A DNA stretch of 63,470 nt, filler included, from Aduncisulcus paluster (Eukaryota): the NCBI GenBank assembly GCA_024181965.1. It is 11 parts of 11 records of this genome, joined end to end, with 100 filler letters (N's around TTAATTAATTAA, not from the genome) between each part and the next. Parts side by side here need not be neighbours in the genome. Positions count along the whole stretch, not along the records: positions 45,111 to 59,328 come from BQXS01011864.1; positions 59,429 to 61,349 come from BQXS01011868.1; positions 61,450 to 63,470 come from BQXS01011871.1; 8 more parts are not named here. The stretch is one strand, 5' to 3'. Made by a program: the position numbers and the translations under genes. Of this stretch, positions 56,946 through 63,470 are shown one piece after another (the stretch's first letter is position 1; each line of letters opens with the position of its first letter). The notes beneath the pieces were generated by a model that worked only from the letters and a program-made list of their open reading frames with translations, ran no database searches and was not told where the DNA came from.

Positions 56946-59328
56946 ATGTCGTTCGAGGATCGCCTTAAAGGCTTATTTGCGAAAGCTGGTATGGAAACTA
57001 ATATATTTGATACAGCCCCTAAGGAAAGAAGACTTAAGTCTGGAGAATTGATCAATCTCGAAGATTTATACAAGGCTGTAAAGAAGTTGGGTGGAGCTGA
57101 TGAGTGTTTTGATAATAAGAGATTTGCTTCCGTCCGTCATGCAATGAAATTAGCTAAAGAAGAATCCACAAAGCAATTGAAAAAATGTTTTAAGCTTTTC
57201 ATCACACCTGTTGCCACTTCTCTCCCGTGGGATGTTCCTGCAGGGCCTGGAAAGGATGTTCCTGCAGGGCCTGGAAAGCGTAGGCATGCTGATAAATCAT
57301 CTTCGAAAAAATCTGCCGCCCCCGAAAAAAAGAAAAGGCGTTTTGTTCTTGATAATTTTGCTCTCACTGAAGCTGGTGTTGAAGGTGAGGATTCTCAAAC
57401 CGATGGATCGGAGGAAGAAGGAGAAGATACTGATCTTAGTGATCCTTTCGTTGTTAAAAGTGGAGATGAAGGATCGAGTTTTGATGATATAGACCAAGGT
57501 CAAATGTTCCAAAATTTGGCTCAAGACCGTTTCACAGATGCTGATGATATGAATGCAGCTGCTCTTGCTGTGGGTGAGCGGTATGTAAAGAGAACAGAGC
57601 AGGAAAAGCGTGCCAAGGTCATGAGAACAAAAGCAGCTCAACCTGGTGTCGGAGATCCTCATTTATGGGAGGTGAGTGTGAAACCGGGGCGTGAAATGGA
57701 GGTTTGTTTCGGTATTATGGAACATTTCCTAATGTGCACCAAAATAGGCGTTCCTCCTCCAATTTTCAATGTTATTGTGCCGAATCACCTGAAAGGAAGG
57801 GTATTTGTCGAAGCCCACTATGCTGCAGATGTTGAAGAATCCATTCGTGGTCTCGATAATATCTATTTTTCTGCCAAGTTCCGTAAAATCGACAAGCCCG
57901 ACTATGTTCTGAAACAGAATCCAATCACTCGGCGGAAGAAGAAGAGTGCCATGACTCCGTTATCTTCATCAACAGCTGGTTCAACTGTTTCTGCATCTGC
58001 CTCTGCATCCATTACAGCTGGTTCTACAGTTAAGATCACCCGTGGAGCTCTTAAAGGACGTCGTGGAAAGGTCATTGTCGTAAAAAAACGCACTGCCGAG
58101 ATCCAACTTATCGGTGAGGATGTTGGTGCTGACGATATCGTTGAAGAAGAGCTCACAAATGTCATCCATGACCTCAAGAAACACTCTGAAGTCACTGTGG
58201 TCGGTGGGAAATACAGGGGATGCCATGGGTTTGTGTTTGCTGTTGGTTATCCAGAAGTCCGTGTATATATTGCTGAAGAGAAAAGGACTGTAACCATGGA
58301 TATTTCCAACCTCAGGGAAGGAAACATTGGTGGAATTCGGAGGAGTGTCGGAATTTATAAACTGGGTGATATCGTACGGTTTGGAAAAGGTAAGAATGAC
58401 AAGGGTGTTATTTTTAGAATTGTGAATGAGGATAGTATCTTTGTATTGCATTGTGATGGTCAATCGGATAAATATGCTTCTGTGGCCCTTTCAAGACCTG
58501 CTCCAATCAAGCGTTTTCCCACGGACATGAACGGGACTCCTGTCAACGAGAAAGCCAGAATCAAGATCACTCGTGGAGAGTATATTTCTCAGACAGGAAT
58601 TGTGGCTGCCGTCACAATTGATTTTATTTTCGTGAAACTCGATGCTGTCGGAAGTGCTACCGGTTCCAATGGTTTTGTTGTTCTCCCCCCTTCAAATGTA
58701 AGGGTTCTCGGTGCCATCAGTGGTAAGCGTCGTGAGCGTAAAGTCGGAATGGATTCCCTTATTGGTAAAATGGTCTCAATTGAGCGTGGACATTATAGTG
58801 GTTATCATGGGTTTGTTAAGACAGCTGATTCCAAGACGGTGACACTCGTGGTGGACGCCTTGAGTAAGGAAATCACCATGGATCGTGGGGATGTTGGTGA
58901 AATGAAAGACGACGATGAGGTTCTCCGCCAGGGTGGAGCCTTCGGTGCTGAAAGTCGTGGCTGGGCTGACGGTGAGGGTAAAATGGGTACCGGCGATGGC
59001 CGTGATGGTGCCGGCCAGGAGAATGTGTTTGCTGCCAATGAAGCCATGTTTGATGATCTGAATGACTTTGATGACCGTGACCAAGGGTGGGATGATGATG
59101 AAGCTGATGAAACTGGAAAGAAAGGCATATCTGGTGAAGCTGGTGAATGGAAGGAGTGGGAGAACGAGGGTGGAGATTGGAAGGATGATACTCTGGTCGG
59201 GGCCAAAGATGACCTTGAGGATGCCTGGGGTGGCTCCATGGATGAGGATGAGGCTTGGGATCAGGAAACATTCAGAGGTGAAGGAGAGAAAGGAAAGAAG
59301 GATGAAGCTGAGAAGGCAAAGAAAGAGG
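56946..59328 (+). CDS. SPT5: Transcription elongation factor Spt5 with an N-terminal ARID domain (3' truncated)
   Basis: Acidic N-region FALTEAGVEGED; NGN domain DPHLWEVSVKPGRE...LKGRVFVEA; several KOW motifs (VKITRGALKGRRGKV, IKITRGEY..TGIV, LIGKMVSIERGHYSGYHGFV). Confidence 0.9.
57230..57278 (+). repeat. Exact 24-nt tandem duplication (DVPAGPGK twice)
   Basis: GGATGTTCCTGCAGGGCCTGGAAA occurs twice, in the linker between ARID and Spt5. Confidence 0.95.
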
Positions 59329-59428
59329 NNNNNNNNNNNNNNNNNNNNNNNNNNNNNNNNNNNNNNNNNNNNTTAATTAATTAANNNNNNNNNNNNNNNN
59401 NNNNNNNNNNNNNNNNNNNNNNNNNNNN

Positions 59429-61235
59429 GAGACACAAGGCTGTTCATATCGATCGAGGTCTGGCATCATCTTCGTCCCCTCCAAAGCATATTAGTCCAAG
59501 ACCCTCCAAGATCCCAAGTTCCATTTCATCTGAACAATCTCATCAAACATCATCACAAAATATACCTCAAACACAAGTTCATCCCGAGCATGCAACACTT
59601 CCAGCAACTCCATTCGGCCAGACCCATCCGGGATTTACAAGGGAAGATGACCAATATCCCCGGTCATCGACACCATCCTCAACACCTGTGAATCCCCTTG
59701 TCACGGAGGATTTAGTCCTCAGAGCTCAGCACTCCTTTAAAAGGAGAGTAATCGAAGGAGACATCCGTTACAAAGAAGAAGCCACCAATGTCTTCTGTAA
59801 GTTCGAAAGGATCCTGGCCTCAAAGAAAGCTGGGGATATATACTCCCACAAGAGTGTTAGAGGTGAGATTGCATCCCGTCTCGAGATTCCCTTTGTTCCA
59901 CTCGAAGAAAGGTATGTTCAGCTTCATTCTAGAGCAGAGAATGGAAGTGATCGTCCTCTTTGTGCCTTTATCCACCATCTAGACTGTGTTGGTGTCCTTG
60001 ATAGTCCCATGAAAGCCGCTAGATACGTTGCCTTGATCCCATCTGAACCCACTATACTCTCCTCCCGCAAAGACTCTTCCAGGACACAGATCCTAGTATC
60101 TCATGACCATTTGACAACTCCATACATCTCCTCTCTCCACTCTTCACTCTTCAAACATGCTCTGAATAGCATCAATCGAGCCATCCTTCTCTGTTGTGTT
60201 CTCAGAGGGTTCGGTCTCCGTGCCTTCGTGTGTTTGGGTTCTTCAAGGACTCTTGATGGTTCTATTCACAAGCACGAGTTTGTCATGACGATTGAAGAAG
60301 CTCTGAGGACTTCTTCATCATCACCTTCAAAAGATGAAGATGAGTCTGCCGACTGTGTCGCCTGCATATGGGAACCTACCACTGGAGAAAGGTATTTTGT
60401 AACTCAGAGAGATAGCATTCCGATGGGCATTGTTGCGAATGGTCTATCTACACGTTCTGGTGACAAATTACCTGTCAGGAGCATCGATTGTATATTTAAT
60501 GATGAAGATGTTTGCATCAACGTCCAGCAATGCACCTTATTCGGAATAACTTGTCTAGAAATAGATAACTCATCATATTGGATCAAACTGAATCCCGATA
60601 TTGTCCGTTCAGTTAACGGATATGGTGCCTATTCGTTGCGTGGTGATGAAAGATGGGTGTTCCCATTGCTTCCTTCCTTCCACCAGGGCCATAAAAACGT
60701 CTTAGAGCAACAATTGGAGGCAGAAGTATGTAAACTGCTTGCTCAAAGAAGGGCCGATGAAGGGAAATCCACCAAATTTGATGGCTCAAACCGTTATAGA
60801 GGTGTTCTGAGTGAACTTCTTTGGGGTTACGAGGAAGAACGAATGGTTGGAGCTAAGCTACCCTCAGTGGTTGTCGGTGTAATGCATTGTTCGTCAGCTT
60901 CAGCAAGGCTTATCCCTGATGGATTTACTATGAATTCATTCCCATTCTTTCTTCCACCATTCAATTTATCCAATATGTCGAAATATTCAGCATTTTTAGC
61001 ACCAACATATCCATATATTCCACAAAATTCTGATAGAAAATACTCGATTGAAAGTGGGACAATCAGGTCAGCCGCCAGAGCTATTTTCCAAACAGCCCTC
61101 TCAAATGAACGTAGAAAGAATTTAATAGATTTAGATAGCGACGAAATGTGTTCATTATGTTGTATTAGAGTATTTCCTTACGCCGAACGGGTATGTGCCA
61201 TATGGTGTTCAATAGGTGTTGTCTGTGCAAAATAA
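59429..61235 (+). CDS. CEP76: CEP76-like centriolar protein, inactive transglutaminase-like domain (5' truncated)
   Basis: AARYVALIP, AILLCCVLRGFGLRAFVCLG, WEPTTGERY, SIDCIFND..NVQ and IRVFPYAE.VCAIW. Confidence 0.75.
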
Positions 61236-61638
61236 TCATTTTTTATTCACTATATTTTATCTGATACAGGATTATGAAAGTCAATCTCAACAGTTATTTG
61301 GCATGAACATTGCTCATTCGCCTTTTTTGCAGAATTTCATTTTCCCTGTNNNNNNNNNNNNNNNNNNNNNNNNNNNNNNNNNNNNNNNNNNNNTTAATTA
61401 ATTAANNNNNNNNNNNNNNNNNNNNNNNNNNNNNNNNNNNNNNNNNNNNTTTCAAGCACAACCTTTGCTCACTCTTTGGAACAGTAATTGCACTGCAAAT
61501 TGATGGTCAATGGTGGAATTGACGCAGAGACAGGAGCAATTCTTAAAGAATTATTCTTTAATGCCATTTGAAGAATGCCAACCGGATTAAAATAGATTAA
61601 AAGTCTCAATATCTGATCCTCTGAGGCCCAAATATACT

Positions 61639-63470
61639 TTATTCGATCCCTTCACCTTCTATGTCCATTGAGTCGGAGGCTACAGTAAAAAGGAATTGAG
61701 TTCCATCGACTTGAATGGAGGAGATTTGACGACCTCCCCACATGGGACTCTCAGCACCAATGCTAGCACTTTCTTTGATCTCTTGAAGGGCCGATAGTTC
61801 GTCAGAATATAGTTTTGTGATATTTTTAGACGTTGTCAAAGCTATTTCACCTTCCAACAAACAGGTCTTTGGAAGGTCTTTCCCCTTTTGCTGAGCAGAA
61901 AACCCACTCGGGAGACAATCCATCCATTCGTTGATCGTCAGAACAAAACAAGCCGGTATTTCAAACACACGAAGACCATAACGCAGTGAATTGCCCATAA
62001 TTTCCATACATATCTTCGACAATGTCCGCTCACTCATAATGTCACCACATGAGATGCAATCAGGATTAATGCTCAGAATGCCCAGCAAATATCCTGAATT
62101 ATACGAAGAAATAACGGTTCCATCGCGGATTGAACCCGGGACACTCTTGTGTATGAGAGGAGTTGATCTGGCTGGTGACAAAGTGTTTTCTCTTGCACGT
62201 GGAATATTCCCTGAAATCGCCCTTGCTATCAGGATAGGATTCACAGTATATCCAATAGAAAGCCGTAGTTTTGACCCAGACTTCCCCATGATCGCCAAAT
62301 CTTGGGTCTTGGAATTGAACAAACCAATATCTCCTGTCTTAACCCAGCCATCACTAGTAATAAATTGATTAGTACCAAAGGAACTGGCTGTTTTCATATC
62401 TGAAAAAGAATTGTCAGATTTAACCTGTATTTCTCCAACAATCGTATCGGGGTCATGTGAAAGATCACAAATTAAAATCTCTTCCTCTTTTCCATCAAGC
62501 GGGGCTTCAATATCATGTTTAATGGGAACAACTCGAACTGAAACTCCACACAATGGAGTTCCAACTACAGTTTCTTCGGGGAAGTAAACACTGGTACCCG
62601 CGACTGCGCCTGTCAGAGATGTTCCATAAAATTGGATGATAGGAACACTGAATACAGAGGAAATAAATTGGAATGAGATGGGAGAGAGAGACGCACCCGA
62701 ACAGATTATTACCTTAGCCTTTCCACCAAGACAATTCTTCACACTGTACATGAGCGCATCAGAAATCTTCCTTCCGCTACCAAAATATCCTTTTGCCGTG
62801 TGACATTTCTCTTCTCTCACCCAGCGATGCTTGAGTTTCGAATATTTCTCTTTAAACGATGAAATTCTTTCTTTACCAGCCTTGAGAGATGCTTTCAGAC
62901 CCATGGAAACAATTGAACTCTTACCACTCTCATACACCATCTTCATGAGATCATTGAGAACCCTAGGAACACATGCAAAGACTGAGGGTGATGCTAAGTC
63001 CAAATCTTCGAAGATGGTTTTATGCGAGTTGATCCAAGACGGAAACACAACTTTGGACCCTGTCGCAAAAGCAGATAGTCGAACCAATATTCCAAACATA
63101 GTATAGAAAGGAATCATACACATAATACATTCCCTATCGAGTCTAAAGTTACAATGAGAAAAGTGTGAAAGGATGGATGAAATGTTTGAACACAATGCTT
63201 TATGCGAATAATACACGGCATTGGGAGTTCCAATGGTCTCGGATATATACAAAACAATACAATTTCTATTGGGCTTGGCATCTTTCAAGAGAGATTCAAC
63301 AAGAGAATCCAAGATTTTATCACTTACAGAATCACTCATATTGAAAACCGATTGCAAAGTGACAAGAGGCCTTTCAAATAGGCATAAAATATCATCATTA
63401 GGCTCAGATACAGATGGAGAAGAGGAAGGGACAAGGGATATGGCTTTGCTGAGGGAATGAAGTGTGGGAT
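61639..63470 (-). CDS. Long-chain acyl-CoA synthetase-like AMP-binding protein with degenerate motifs (5' end outside window)
   Basis: FACVPRV, SGASL, GEIQVKS and DGWVKTGDIG are retained. The P-loop reads YISETIGTPNAV instead of YTSGTTGxPKG. The frame is open to the window end. Confidence 0.8.
   Translation of the reverse strand, partial: PTLHSLSKAISLVPSSSPSVSEPNDDILCLFERPLVTLQSVFNMSDSVSDKILDSLVESLLKDAKPNRNCIVLYISETIGTPNAVYYSHKALCSNISSILSHFSHCNFRLDRECIMCMIPFYTMFGILVRLSAFATGSKVVFPSWINSHKTIFEDLDLASPSVFACVPRVLNDLMKMVYESGKSSIVSMGLKASLKAGKERISSFKEKYSKLKHRWVREEKCHTAKGYFGSGRKISDALMYSVKNCLGGKAKVIICSGASLSPISFQFISSVFSVPIIQFYGTSLTGAVAGTSVYFPEETVVGTPLCGVSVRVVPIKHDIEAPLDGKEEEILICDLSHDPDTIVGEIQVKSDNSFSDMKTASSFGTNQFITSDGWVKTGDIGLFNSKTQDLAIMGKSGSKLRLSIGYTVNPILIARAISGNIPRARENTLSPARSTPLIHKSVPGSIRDGTVISSYNSGYLLGILSINPDCISCGDIMSERTLSKICMEIMGNSLRYGLRVFEIPACFVLTINEWMDCLPSGFSAQQKGKDLPKTCLLEGEIALTTSKNITKLYSDELSALQEIKESASIGAESPMWGGRQISSIQVDGTQFLFTVASDSMDIEGEGIE

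Overview
Eukaryotic, AT-rich, gene-dense and intron-poor DNA. It consists of 11 unrelated contigs joined by artificial 100-nt spacers (N-run + TTAATTAATTAA + N-run), with five 20-N scaffold gaps that are each flanked by duplicated sequence. The repeat-kinase and LRR families, ciliary genes and GTATGT introns suggest a flagellated metamonad, most likely the fornicate Aduncisulcus (inference from family resemblance). Recognisable genes: a PssA-type CDP-alcohol phosphatidyltransferase, a U1-70K-like fragment, purine nucleoside phosphorylase, a TmcB-like membrane protein, cystatin, ASPL/TUG-like UBX protein, Tma16, an FCP/SCP phosphatase, an ankyrin protein, DDI1, WDR78/DNAI4-like, BPI/LBP-like, a CEP164-like WW protein, AP-3 sigma, Spt5, CEP76-like and a degenerate acyl-CoA synthetase. 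One contig holds a decayed DIRS-type retroelement with an embedded tRNA-like sequence. Best leads: (1) an intergenic structured RNA candidate next to a perfect TTAGGG template (CTAACCCTAA), possibly a telomerase RNA; (2) Spt5 fused to an N-terminal ARID domain and carrying a Trp/GW-rich tail; (3) an acid-ceramidase-like Ntn hydrolase fused to a DUF1295 domain split by a frameshift. All family calls come from motif recognition by eye, without database searches.
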